NCBI GenBank assembly: GCA_963733035.1
Contig: CAVTBU010000005.1
Coordinates: 1,440,001-1,504,000 of the forward strand
DNA: 64,000 bases
Reading direction: 5' to 3'
Source: Pirellulales bacterium
GTDB taxonomy: Bacteria; Planctomycetota; Planctomycetia; Pirellulales; PALSA-1355
Positions 21,773 to 31,520 of this stretch are shown piece by piece. The notes below the pieces were generated by a model, which had not been told where the DNA came from, did no database searches, and was given only the letters and a program-made list of their open reading frames with translations. Each line of letters starts with the position of its first letter. The stretch's first letter is position 1. The position numbers and the translations under genes were made by a program.

Positions 21773-22851
21773 AGCCGCGGCACCTCGACCGAACGGACCA
21801 GGTCTCGCAATTGCTCGTCGGTGGTTTGACCCTCGACTTCCGCTTCGGCGGTGAGTATGACGCGGTGCCTGAGCGCCGGCAGCACGATGTCAACCACGTC
21901 GTCTGGCACGACGAAATCGCGGCCGCGAAATGCCGCCAGGGTCCGCGAGCCTTGCACCAACGCGATGCCCGCCCGGGGCGAAGCCCCCAGGTGGAATTGC
22001 GGCCAGGAGCGCGTCATGCGAACCAGCTGATTGATGTAGGCGAAGAGTTGATCTTCAATGTGCACACTGCTACACAACGTGGTGATCTCCACGACTTCCT
22101 CCGGCGTCGTGACCGTCTGCAGCGTACTGGCCAGTCGCGCGTCAAGGTCCCCTTGGCGTCCATGTTGCTTGAGGATTTGAATCTCCTCTTCGGCCGAGGG
22201 GTAGTTGGCGACGATCTTGAACATGAAGCGATCGAGCTGCGCCTCGGGCAGGTTGTAGGTGCCCTCGGATTCGAGCGGGTTTTGCGTGGCCAATACCAGG
22301 AACGGTCGCTTCAGCTTGTGGCTCGTGCGCTCCACCGTGACGCGGTATTCCTGCATGATCTCCAGCAGGGCCGCGTGCGTTTTGGCGGGCGAGCGGTTGA
22401 TTTCGTCGGCCAGCAGAAATTGTGTGAACACCGGCCCGGGCCGAAAGCGAAACTCCTGTTGTTTCATGTCGAAAATTGGCGCCCCGGTGATGTCCGAGGG
22501 CATCAGGTCGGCAGTAAATTGGATGCGCCCGCATTGGCAGCCAAGCACGCGCCCCAAGACTCTCACAAAGAGGGTTTTGCCCAAGCCGGGCACGCTCTCG
22601 ATCAGTACGTGTCCGCTTGCGAAGAGCGCGACGAGCGTGCCCAGCACAAGCTCGTCCTGGCCGACGTAGATCTTGGCGACTTCGCCGGTGATGCGATCGT
22701 AGAGCGATTTGATGCGTGCCACCTGGGTCGCCGTGGGACGATCGCCAGGCGCCGCGCGGTCCACGGGGGCCGGTGCCGCGGGTTGGGGATCGGTCGGTCG
22801 CGGCGCGTTGGATGGAGACCACGAAAATGGTGAGCGAGGATCTTCAGTCAT
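21769..22851 (-). CDS. moxR: MoxR family AAA+ ATPase
   Basis: GHVLIESVPGLGKT, RIQFTADLMPSDITG, LLADEINR, ATQNPLESEGTYNLPEAQLDRF, GASPRA. Confidence 0.95.
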   Translation of the reverse strand: MTEDPRSPFSWSPSNAPRPTDPQPAAPAPVDRAAPGDRPTATQVARIKSLYDRITGEVAKIYVGQDELVLGTLVALFASGHVLIESVPGLGKTLFVRVLGRVLGCQCGRIQFTADLMPSDITGAPIFDMKQQEFRFRPGPVFTQFLLADEINRSPAKTHAALLEIMQEYRVTVERTSHKLKRPFLVLATQNPLESEGTYNLPEAQLDRFMFKIVANYPSAEEEIQILKQHGRQGDLDARLASTLQTVTTPEEVVEITTLCSSVHIEDQLFAYINQLVRMTRSWPQFHLGASPRAGIALVQGSRTLAAFRGRDFVVPDDVVDIVLPALRHRVILTAEAEVEGQTTDEQLRDLVRSVEVPRL

Positions 22852-22857
22852 CAGCGA

Positions 22858-24093
22858 TCAATGGCCTCTCTGTTCTCGAGGAAGCGCCGGCGGTCGCCGC
22901 GCGAGATTTGCACGAGTCTCAATTGACGGAGGTATGGATGCAGTGGGCGCGCCTAGCGCGGCATGTTCCGACCTTGAAGCACCCTGCCGGGTCGCATTCG
23001 CGTCGGGAGGCAACGCCTTGGTTCTTGCCAGTAGCTTTCCCACGGCCGCCACGTGTTTGGCGAAATCGGCGGTGGACTCCGGCGGTGGTTGCTTTGGCCG
23101 CCCGAAGACCGGCCAGCGGGCAAAACAGAAGATGACCCCCACGGCGGCCAATTGCAAGAGAATCGCCCCCAGCGGCCACCCGCGAAACAAGGTCCACAGC
23201 GAATTGTCGGTGTAGGGGGGATCAATCGGCGGGCCGCCCGGACCGCTTTCGAGAAACACGACTTCCGCGGGCTCGCCGGCCGCGTCGATAAGCTTTTCGG
23301 CCAGCTTGCGACGTTCGTGGTTCACCAGCGGAAGGTTGAGCAGGAAAGAACCATTGGCTACCAGCAGAACCTGACTGTCGGCCCAGTGGCGTTTCGATAG
23401 CCGCGACACGATGGGCTCGCCTTGCGACGTAAGGAGTTGCCGCGTGGCGATGACTGGCTTCATCCGCGTGCGCAACTCCAGGTTCGCTTTGGCTGCGTCG
23501 ATTCCCCTGGCCCAAGGCCCAGCCAGATCGTGCCCCTCTCTAGCCGGTTTCTTTTCGTATCGGAACCATTCCGAGTTTGCGTCTTCCGGCAGCTTGGTGG
23601 ACGGTTCGAAGTCGGGAAGTTTTGGGAGCTTTTTTTCGTCGCCCGCGCCGGGCTGCTGTTTTTGGGATTTCTGCCGGTGCTCGGACAGGAACCTAAAGTA
23701 CTCGGGGGTAGCGCTGAAATCGCGCCCCACGTAGACCAGCGTTCGAGCGGGGTATTCCGCCAACCAGGCATCGAACCACTGGCAGACATCTTCGCTTGGC
23801 GGAGCGTAGTCATTGGGAAACCAGACCACGACATCGGCGTCGACCATCTCGTCGGTAACCAGCGTCCGGCGGAAGTGCACGTCGTGTCCCGCCTGCTCGA
23901 ACATGGCGGCCAGCACGTCCGTGCCGTTGACGCTGCCGGACTGTCCCGGCCGGCGATGCCGCCCGTAGACGGTCTCCAGTTCCTCTCGTCCACAACCCTG
24001 CAGGAGGACGGCCAGCAGCGCAAACCCAACGACCATTCGACCCGCCAACACGGGGAAGGGACGAAAAACAGTGTTTGAACGTGGCAGCATCAT
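22858..24093 (-). CDS. DUF4350-like membrane/lipoprotein of the MoxR operon
   Basis: LLQGC lipobox-like motif, SVNGTDVLAAMF, NGSFLLNLPL, C-terminal TM then FGRP, FAKHVAAVGKLL; ATGA overlap with the upstream gene at 24090-24093. Confidence 0.75.
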   Translation of the reverse strand: MMLPRSNTVFRPFPVLAGRMVVGFALLAVLLQGCGREELETVYGRHRRPGQSGSVNGTDVLAAMFEQAGHDVHFRRTLVTDEMVDADVVVWFPNDYAPPSEDVCQWFDAWLAEYPARTLVYVGRDFSATPEYFRFLSEHRQKSQKQQPGAGDEKKLPKLPDFEPSTKLPEDANSEWFRYEKKPAREGHDLAGPWARGIDAAKANLELRTRMKPVIATRQLLTSQGEPIVSRLSKRHWADSQVLLVANGSFLLNLPLVNHERRKLAEKLIDAAGEPAEVVFLESGPGGPPIDPPYTDNSLWTLFRGWPLGAILLQLAAVGVIFCFARWPVFGRPKQPPPESTADFAKHVAAVGKLLARTKALPPDANATRQGASRSEHAALGAPTASIPPSIETRANLARRPPALPREQRGH

Positions 24094-24827
24094 GTTGGCG
24101 CCCTGAGCTCCTGTTCGAACAGGGGTAGTTCGTTCCAACAGGCTTCGAAGCCGGCGCGATCGAGCGAGCGGCTTCCGAAGAAGACGCTTTCAAAAGCGAG
24201 CAGGGTGCGCTCCAAGGGCGAACGCACCGGCGCGTTGCGCGACACCTCGCGGAGGTATTGTCGATTCGTCTTCCCCTTGGCCAGCCGAATCAGCGAAAAC
24301 TTGTCGAGAGCCAACAGCTCGTAGCTGAACAGGTAGATGATCGCCTCGCTGTAGTTGCCCGCTTCGTAGTGACGGCGCGCCTGGCCCAGCAAATCACCCC
24401 GCGGTCGCTCGGCCAAGAACGTGAGCGCCTCGACTTGATCGGGAGCAAGAACCTGGTCGGTGGTCGTTCGCTGGACCTTCGGGGCTCGCTGCTGGTTGAT
24501 GGCGAACATAATCAGCAACACAACGGCGGCTGCCAGCAGCACTCCCAACAGAGACCATGCCAGGATTTCGATCAGCGGGCCGAGATTCCAGTTCACTCGG
24601 CGTGGCGAGTCTTCCTCGATCGTGATCTCCACCGGCTGGAGCGAATCGGTCTGGCTGTCGTACCAGGGATACTCGCCGTCGGTGAGCGCCTCGCGACCGG
24701 CAACGACCGCCGGATCCTCCGAAGTCTGAGCCTCGGCGCCGCGCGCGGCATCGAACCCCGGCAAGCTCCAGGCCAGCAACAGGACCAAGACGCGCAGCAC
24801 GAGGGGTAATTGACGACTGACGCTCAT
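24090..24827 (-). CDS. DUF4129 domain protein
   Basis: Own signal peptide MSVSRQLPLVLRVLVLLLAW, YPWYD, TM, GNYSEAIIYLF, KTNRQYLRE, FESVFFG; ATG overlaps the TGA at 24824. Confidence 0.8.
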   Translation of the reverse strand: MSVSRQLPLVLRVLVLLLAWSLPGFDAARGAEAQTSEDPAVVAGREALTDGEYPWYDSQTDSLQPVEITIEEDSPRRVNWNLGPLIEILAWSLLGVLLAAAVVLLIMFAINQQRAPKVQRTTTDQVLAPDQVEALTFLAERPRGDLLGQARRHYEAGNYSEAIIYLFSYELLALDKFSLIRLAKGKTNRQYLREVSRNAPVRSPLERTLLAFESVFFGSRSLDRAGFEACWNELPLFEQELRAPT

Positions 24828-25631
24828 GCGACCTGCCTCATCAGGCGTTCGCGCCTGCGCGCGGAGAAACAACTCCACTTCCCAACCTTCATTGCGAATT
24901 CGCTGGTCGAGGTACGTGAGAAAGCGGGCCACGGTGAAATAAACCGCCACCACCCACAACACGCATTGCAAGGAGATGACCTGTCCGACCCAGCCCTGCT
25001 GCATGCCCAGCAAGACATCGAACAGCAGCGACTGACTGATCCACATCGCCACAACCAACAAGAGCGCCAATAAACCGGTTCCCATGGCCCGCACCAGGTT
25101 GTCTCCGCCGCCGCCCCGATGCATTAGCGAATTGCGTTTCATGGTCGACATCTGTCCGCCGCGCGTGACGAGCGGGTTGCGCTCGAGCAGGATGATTTCG
25201 TTCAAGTAGGGCCACAGTCCGTAGGGCACGATCCACGTCAGAATCGGAAAGATCAGTAGCGGTCGGAGAAGGACTTGAAACAGGATCAGCTGCGGCAGGC
25301 AGCTCAAAAAATCTCGGGCAATCTTCTTCGCGTCGGGGTGCTCGACAAACAAGGCTTGCCCCAGATAGAGCGTGACGGCGGCGGTTGCCAGGGGAGCCTC
25401 GCACATGACCAGCAAAATGGCAAGCATCATGCCATCGAAATCGGCGTTCTCGTTCAGCCGACTGCCGGAGTACTGGATGATGGTGTAGTTCAAGGCGATC
25501 ATCGGTAGCACGCCGACGAGGGCCGACGTGACGATGCCGCCGGCATTGGTGCGAATGACCTGCAGCGCCAGGTCCAGATTATCAGACCAGGTGCGTTCGC
25601 GGATGGCGATGCGCGATCGATCAATCTGCAC
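24824..25631 (-). CDS. Integral membrane protein of the RDD/SpoIIM/MoxR operon; apparent frameshift at ~24858
   Basis: IAIRER...DLA, multiple TM helices, YLDQRIRNEGWEVEL; the true end RERLMRQVA* is in the frame of ORF 24824..25054. Confidence 0.75.
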
Positions 25632-26592
25632 GGGTATCCCTCCCCAACCAGCCCAGCACAAACACGTAGAAGAACAAGACCAAAGTCGAGAGAATTGCGA
25701 TGGCAGCCTTGACGGCGTAGGGCGCGCCCGAGGGGGACAAGAAACCCTCGATCAACGCGGCGAAGCAAAAGAGCACGACCGCGGTGGCCATGGTGGGCGT
25801 GGCCTCGTCGACGGCCCTGCGCAGAGACGCGCCGCGCGAAAGCCCGCCGGTGGCGATCAGCGAAAAACCCAATCGCATGCCGGCGGCCGCGGAAAAGACG
25901 ATGGCCGTCAATTCGAAGGGACCGTGGGCGGTAACAAACGTGATGAAATTGTCGCGGGCATCGACCGTGAACATATAGCCAAACATCGTACCGAGTTGGA
26001 GGGCGTTGGAAACGGTGATAAACAGGCCCCCCACGCCCAGCAGCAAGCCGCCGGCAAAACAACGCAGCCCGATGCCCGCGTTGTGAATGACATAGAATCC
26101 GCCCATCGCGCTCGAGGCGCTGGCATTGCGACCTGTGATTGGCTTGGAGAAACTTTCTTCGAGAGAGGTTAGCGCGTCGACTCCGACCACTTCCTCGCAA
26201 AACGCCCGCGACGTGTAGCCCAGCGCGAAAGCGGCGAAGAAGATTCCCCAAAAAACCGCAAAGGCCAGCCAGACGGTGCGATCGAACAAGATCCTGCGAG
26301 GAACCTCGTGAAAGAGCTCCGCGGCCCACTCATTCCAGCGGAATAGTTTGCTGCGATAGAGTTGGTTATGCGCGCGTCCCACCAGTTCATGGAGATATTG
26401 CACGGTGTGCGGCGGCAACTGGTAGGCATCGGCCAAGGCCAGATCGGCGCACGCGCTGCGATAGGCGCTGGCGAATCGCAACACTCCCGCGGGGCCGAGT
26501 CGACGCGCGCGCCCACGTTCGAGTTCGCGGCACATGGTTTCGAGTTCGGCCCAACCCTGTTGGCGGCGCTCGAGTAGTTGCGAGACCTTCAT
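25621..26592 (-). CDS. SpoIIM (DUF95) family membrane protein
   Basis: MKVSQLLERRQQGWAELE, YRSACADLA, LVGRAHNQLY, HNAGIG, AHGPFELTAI, IEGFLSP; ATGA overlap with the RDD gene. Confidence 0.9.
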   Translation of the reverse strand: MKVSQLLERRQQGWAELETMCRELERGRARRLGPAGVLRFASAYRSACADLALADAYQLPPHTVQYLHELVGRAHNQLYRSKLFRWNEWAAELFHEVPRRILFDRTVWLAFAVFWGIFFAAFALGYTSRAFCEEVVGVDALTSLEESFSKPITGRNASASSAMGGFYVIHNAGIGLRCFAGGLLLGVGGLFITVSNALQLGTMFGYMFTVDARDNFITFVTAHGPFELTAIVFSAAAGMRLGFSLIATGGLSRGASLRRAVDEATPTMATAVVLFCFAALIEGFLSPSGAPYAVKAAIAILSTLVLFFYVFVLGWLGRDTRAD

Positions 26593-27443
26593 CGAATGGT
26601 CACCTCGGCATCCGCCGTTGCGGCGGCCTCGACGGCGGGCGACACGACGGCATCTCCCGGCGAATCGGCGATGAAGGCGCGATAGTAGAGCGCACAAAGC
26701 AGCAGGTCGGGATTCGTCTCAAGGGGCAAGCCAAATCGAGCGACCAGCGGCTCGGAAAGCGTGCGAGCGATCTCGTAGCGCCGCGCCGGCGAAAGCCGTT
26801 CGCGGCGCGCGACGTACATGCTCAACGCTTGCGCCATGTCGCGGTGAACGACGAAGCTATGCGGCAGCTGCTGGGCAAATCGCACGACTTCCGGATGCTC
26901 GAGCGGCGCCACGCCGCGAAGCTTGCTCCGGCGTTCGACCACGACGATGGTCCCGCACGTCAGATCTCCAAGCCGCTGGTAGCGGTCGTTGAGAGACATC
27001 GCCACCAGGCCGAGCATATAGAACGGAATGCCAAGCTCGGCCGGTCCCCAGATTGGCATCGCGTCGACCGCTCGCAGCACGTTTCTCAAAATAGCCTGCA
27101 TGGCGTTGATTGGCTGGCCATCGGTACTCAACACGCGGAGCCCCATCAGCCGTTTGCCGGGGGTTTGGCCGTTCCAGAAGGTTTCGAACAGACCGAAATA
27201 GAACCAGGTGACCGCAAATGCCGCCAACAGCCACAGTCCGAAGCCCAACCCACCCGGACCACCAATCGCCGCGAACATGCCGATGACGAGTAATCCGGCC
27301 AGCAGCGTGCCGACGCAAATGGCACAATCGATCAAATAGGCCGGCAGGCGGCGGAACGGCCCGGCCAGCACATAGTGGAAGGCAATGTTCTCAGGCGTGA
27401 CAATTTCGATGCGCGAGTCGAGTTGGCGCGGCGGCTGAGACAT
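26589..27443 (-). CDS. RDD family protein
   Basis: TPENI, AGPFRRLPAYLID, GQTPGKRLMGLRV, RNVLRAVD, QRLGDLTCGTIVV. Confidence 0.93.
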   Translation of the reverse strand: MSQPPRQLDSRIEIVTPENIAFHYVLAGPFRRLPAYLIDCAICVGTLLAGLLVIGMFAAIGGPGGLGFGLWLLAAFAVTWFYFGLFETFWNGQTPGKRLMGLRVLSTDGQPINAMQAILRNVLRAVDAMPIWGPAELGIPFYMLGLVAMSLNDRYQRLGDLTCGTIVVVERRSKLRGVAPLEHPEVVRFAQQLPHSFVVHRDMAQALSMYVARRERLSPARRYEIARTLSEPLVARFGLPLETNPDLLLCALYYRAFIADSPGDAVVSPAVEAAATADAEVTIR

Positions 27444-27586
27444 GCCGTCATTATTCGCCGCCTGGGGGTAACTCGCAAGTCGGGACTCTCGGAGTGCGGC
27501 ACTTGCCAGCCCTGGCCGCGGGGCTTAAGTTTCACGGTTCCCTGGAAAGATCGACAAGACGGATTCACATGCGAGGCACGAGCGCG

Positions 27587-28318
27587 ATGCGATTGGCTGG
27601 CAAGACGGCACTGATTACTGGTGGGGCAACCGGAATTGGCCTGGCAATCGCCAAGAGCTTTGCCGGCGAAGGTTGCCGCGTGGCCATCTCTGGCCGCCGC
27701 GAAGAAAAACTCAAAGCAGCGGTTGCCACCTGGCAGGGCGAGCCGCCAATCCTCATGCACAAGGTCGACGTCGCTGACCGCGATAGCGTGGCCAAACTGG
27801 TCGCCTGGGCGGAGAAGACGCTGGGGAAGATCGACATTCTGGTGAACAACGCCGGCATCAATACGCCCAAACGTTCCATGGCCGATATTCCGCCCGAAAC
27901 CTGGGACGAGGTGATGAAAGTCAACGCCACGGGTCCGTACAACTGCATCCGAGCCGTGCTGCCGATGATGCGAGCCGCCGGCGACGGGCTAATCATCAAC
28001 ATCGATTCGATCTCCGGCGTCCGCGCCCATCCTTTGGGCGGCGTGGCCTATTGTGCCTCGAAGTTCGCGATGTCGGCCCTGAGCACCGTCGTTGGCATGG
28101 AAGAAAAAAAGCACAACATCCGCGTGACAAGCATCTGCCCGGGCGAAGTCGATACGCCCCTGCTAGATGGCCGGCCGACGCCGGTTTCGGCCGAGCATCG
28201 CGCCACGATGCTCAGGCCCGAGGACGTGGCGGATGCGGCACTGATGGTGGCTTGCTTGCCGCCGCGGGCCAACGTGCACGAGCTGATCATCAAGCCGACG
28301 ACGCAGGAATACTACTGA
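27587..28318 (+). CDS. Short-chain dehydrogenase/reductase
   Basis: TGGATGIG, NNAG, YCASK, ICPGEVDT. Confidence 0.95.
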   Translation: MRLAGKTALITGGATGIGLAIAKSFAGEGCRVAISGRREEKLKAAVATWQGEPPILMHKVDVADRDSVAKLVAWAEKTLGKIDILVNNAGINTPKRSMADIPPETWDEVMKVNATGPYNCIRAVLPMMRAAGDGLIINIDSISGVRAHPLGGVAYCASKFAMSALSTVVGMEEKKHNIRVTSICPGEVDTPLLDGRPTPVSAEHRATMLRPEDVADAALMVACLPPRANVHELIIKPTTQEYY

Positions 28319-28344
28319 GCGGCGACAATCGCAGGATGGTAGAT

Positions 28345-29364
28345 TCAAGCCGCTTGCAGCCGGCGACGCAGCAGATCCCGCAAGCGTCCGGTGATGCCGG
28401 CGGCTGACTTGGCCGGCAGGCACTGCGCGATGGTGGCCGCGTGTTCGCGTGGGGCGAGCGCTTTGTAGCCAATAAGTGTATTGGTATTGGCTTCCAAGCC
28501 GATTCGCTGAGGTCCGTACGCGTAGTGTGCCACCAGGGCATCGCCCACAATGCAGCAGGGTCGGCCGGTTTCCCGCGGCAGAATTTCGGTCACCCAGGCT
28601 TCGTCGTCACTCTCAAAGCGTCTGGCCGGCTCGGCCAAATCACTGCCCAACCAGCACATCGCGTTGATCGAGAAACGTTCGTACTGGCTGAGCTGCCAGG
28701 TGGCAAAACGATAGCGCTGGAGTTGCCCGGCGGCGCAAAGCCGAAAGAACGCTTCGTGGCAATCGCGGGCCGTCTGCCAACGTCCCCAACTCACGTTGCC
28801 CAAACATTCGTATTCGATGATCGGCAATTCGGGTAGCAAACCCATTCGCTGATGGAGATGAGAGCAAAGCGAATTGTTGACCGTGTTGGGAAACACGGCC
28901 AGGTAATCTGGATTGGCCAGACGAAACGCGAGCAATCGTTCGACCGCGCCGTCATCGATCCAGACGAGGTCGTCGTCGAACTTCAAATACAGCGTGTCGT
29001 CCTCGTCGCACTTTTGCCAAAACCAGCAGATGCGCGGAACACATGCCTTTTTGGAATAGCGAGAGCTGTCGTGCACCAACCGGAAGAAGTCGGGATATGC
29101 CGCGGCCAGTTCCTTCACAAACGACAGGTCATCGGGATCGTCGGTGTTGATCCAAAAGTGGTGCTCGTCGATGAGTCCCCGCAGAGCAAGCAGATGGTGC
29201 GCCAGAATTTCGACGTAGCGATGCCGCCCATAGGGTGTCACCGACACCACTCTTCGTCCCTGATACATGGCTGGTACATCCGTGCGGTTGAGAGCGCCGC
29301 CCGCGTCCTCCATACCCCGAGGCGCCAGGAGGGGAATTTTGGAGAAAAGGCGGAAATCGGTCAA
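28345..29364 (-). CDS. Glycosyltransferase-like (GT-A fold) protein
   Basis: VVSVTPYGRHRYVEIL, LYLKFDDDLVWID (DxD), RFSINAMCW, DDEAWVT, VAHYAYGPQR. Confidence 0.6.
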   Translation of the reverse strand: MTDFRLFSKIPLLAPRGMEDAGGALNRTDVPAMYQGRRVVSVTPYGRHRYVEILAHHLLALRGLIDEHHFWINTDDPDDLSFVKELAAAYPDFFRLVHDSSRYSKKACVPRICWFWQKCDEDDTLYLKFDDDLVWIDDGAVERLLAFRLANPDYLAVFPNTVNNSLCSHLHQRMGLLPELPIIEYECLGNVSWGRWQTARDCHEAFFRLCAAGQLQRYRFATWQLSQYERFSINAMCWLGSDLAEPARRFESDDEAWVTEILPRETGRPCCIVGDALVAHYAYGPQRIGLEANTNTLIGYKALAPREHAATIAQCLPAKSAAGITGRLRDLLRRRLQAA

Positions 29365-29370
29365 TGGCAG

Positions 29371-30105
29371 TTACAGCACCTGGAGCAGCGAATCCACTGC
29401 TTGTTCCAGTTTTTCGCGGTCGACGCCAGAGGCGATTCGGACGCGACATGCCAATAGCAAGAGTGCCGCCTGTTCGCACGTAGCCTGACTGGGATTGCGG
29501 AGGAGTTTTGACGGTTCCGAGATATTGGACTGTGCCATTGCCTCCTTCGTAAACCGCATTAGCACGTCTGCGGTGTCCGTATCCACGTGGGCGGGGTCGG
29601 CTGCGATTCCTAACAGCTCGCCGCAGATCTCGCGAATTCGCTTTTCCCTTTTTGGAACGACGAGTGTTGCGTAATAGGTGGGTAACCCAATCAACACACC
29701 CGTGCCCAATAAGACCACGGAGATGGACAAAAGGTACTCTTGCAGCGGGTCATTTGACACTTGCGGCATCTTTGGTGATGCCACCAGCGCGATCATCAAA
29801 CCAAGAAAACCGAACATTAGCAACGCTGCGGCCACGAAGCGAATATAAGCCATGACGACAGACAGCCGATCAACGCGAGCGAGCCGCAAGCCTACTATCG
29901 AACGACTGCTTTGCGATGCGACGAGCGGAATTCCTCGTATCGATTCTTTCCCCAGCCGCGCGAGATAGTACGACTCCAGCGGGAACAAGGGGATCAACTG
30001 CAACATCACAAACTTCGTGACGACCGGGGTCGAGCCGACTTTGCGCACCGCGCCGTATGTTTCGCTGCCAGCTACGACAGTTACCATGCAATTACTCGCA
30101 GGCAT
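29371..30105 (-). CDS. Hypothetical membrane protein
   Basis: 244-aa ORF with two TM helices and VVTKFVMLQLIPLFPLESY; lower GC than neighbours. Confidence 0.6.
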   Translation of the reverse strand: MPASNCMVTVVAGSETYGAVRKVGSTPVVTKFVMLQLIPLFPLESYYLARLGKESIRGIPLVASQSSRSIVGLRLARVDRLSVVMAYIRFVAAALLMFGFLGLMIALVASPKMPQVSNDPLQEYLLSISVVLLGTGVLIGLPTYYATLVVPKREKRIREICGELLGIAADPAHVDTDTADVLMRFTKEAMAQSNISEPSKLLRNPSQATCEQAALLLLACRVRIASGVDREKLEQAVDSLLQVL

Positions 30106-30149
30106 CGGGAGTGGAGAAACAGGGAAACCACTTCAACGCCTTTCGACCT

Positions 30150-31520
30150 TTAGTTTTCGATTCCCATCCGCCGGTACTTCTCCTTGTACTTTTCCCACAG
30201 CCGCTTCTGGCGGTCGTTCAAGTCGACCTGGCGCCCTTGGATATAGGCGGCCGTCACCTGGGTGGAGATTTCCAAGGGGTCGCCAGTCGTAACGATCAGC
30301 GTGGCATCCTTCTGCGCTTCGAGCGTGCCGATTCGATCGGCCACGCCGAGTATCTGCGCCGGGTAAAGCGTGATCGCCTTGAGGGCTTCCTCGGGTTCGA
30401 GCCCGTAGGCCGCCGCCGACGCCGCATGATATGGAAGATTGCGGACATTGGCAGGACCGCCGCTCGAGGCGCCGCCGATCTCGCCCGCGATGCAGTAGCG
30501 AATGCCGGCTTCTTTTAGCCGCGCCGGAAGTGTGTAACCCGCGTCGTAGGCTTCGCTGCGCCGAAGCGGCGTGCGATAGACGCCACCGACGATGACCGGC
30601 ACGTCGTGCTTCTTGAGCAATGCCGCGCAGTCGACCGCGTCGTAGCCACCGACGATCACGGGTCGGAGGGCCTCCTGCTCGCAAAACGCGAGCGCCGACT
30701 GAATCTGTTGAATGTCCTCGGCGTCGATGAACACCCGAACTTCTCCGGCGAGGACCGGCAACATCGCTTCCCACCGCGAATCGTATTCGGGCTCGGGCGA
30801 TTTTCCGGCGGCGTGCGACTGTTTGGCCTTGTGGTAGGCCTTGGCGTCGGCAATCGCGTCGCGGATCGACTTGAGAGCGAGATCGCGACTGCGCGTTTGC
30901 TCGTCGGCCGATTCCTCGACCCACCAGGCTTCAACCGGCTGCATGCGCGGCCAACTGACGTGCAGCCCGACGCCGCGCTTGAGGCACATCTCTTCCCACG
31001 TCCAACCGTCGAGCTGCATGCAGGCCGACAGTCCCGTGATCGAACCGCCGCTGGGTACGGTGAGCACCGTGAGGACTCCGCCGGAACGTCCAACGGGAAT
31101 CAGCTCGCTATCAGGGTTCACGGCTACTTCCGCCTTGACGTTTGGATTGATCGTTCCTGTCTCTCGCGTATCGACCGTTCCACGAACCGACGGCACCTCC
31201 ACCAAGCCCATTTGGCTGTTGGCATCAATCAGCCCCGGATACACGTGCTTGCCGGAAACGTCGATGCGCTGGGCATTCTCGGGCACTGCCACTTCGCGGC
31301 CAACGGCAATAATCTTGCCTTCGTCGAAGAGCACGATGCCGCCATCGATTGACGGCCCGCTCACGGGATGGACCGTTCCGCCCACCAGCGCGATTGGTTT
31401 CTGTTGGGGAGCGCCGGGAATCTCGGGCGATGCGCTGGCTTGGTTTGCCAACACGCAGGCAAGTCCCAAGACAAGTAGACCAGCGCGATTCATGACGAGT
31501 TTCTTCCGCTTATTGTTCAT
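30150..31520 (-). CDS. Secreted amidohydrolase family protein (imidazolonepropionase-like)
   Basis: IALVGGTVHPVSG, GKHVYPGLIDA, EEALKAITLYPAQILG, GTLEAQKDA; coupled to the upstream amidohydrolase. Confidence 0.9.
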   Translation of the reverse strand: MNNKRKKLVMNRAGLLVLGLACVLANQASASPEIPGAPQQKPIALVGGTVHPVSGPSIDGGIVLFDEGKIIAVGREVAVPENAQRIDVSGKHVYPGLIDANSQMGLVEVPSVRGTVDTRETGTINPNVKAEVAVNPDSELIPVGRSGGVLTVLTVPSGGSITGLSACMQLDGWTWEEMCLKRGVGLHVSWPRMQPVEAWWVEESADEQTRSRDLALKSIRDAIADAKAYHKAKQSHAAGKSPEPEYDSRWEAMLPVLAGEVRVFIDAEDIQQIQSALAFCEQEALRPVIVGGYDAVDCAALLKKHDVPVIVGGVYRTPLRRSEAYDAGYTLPARLKEAGIRYCIAGEIGGASSGGPANVRNLPYHAASAAAYGLEPEEALKAITLYPAQILGVADRIGTLEAQKDATLIVTTGDPLEISTQVTAAYIQGRQVDLNDRQKRLWEKYKEKYRRMGIEN

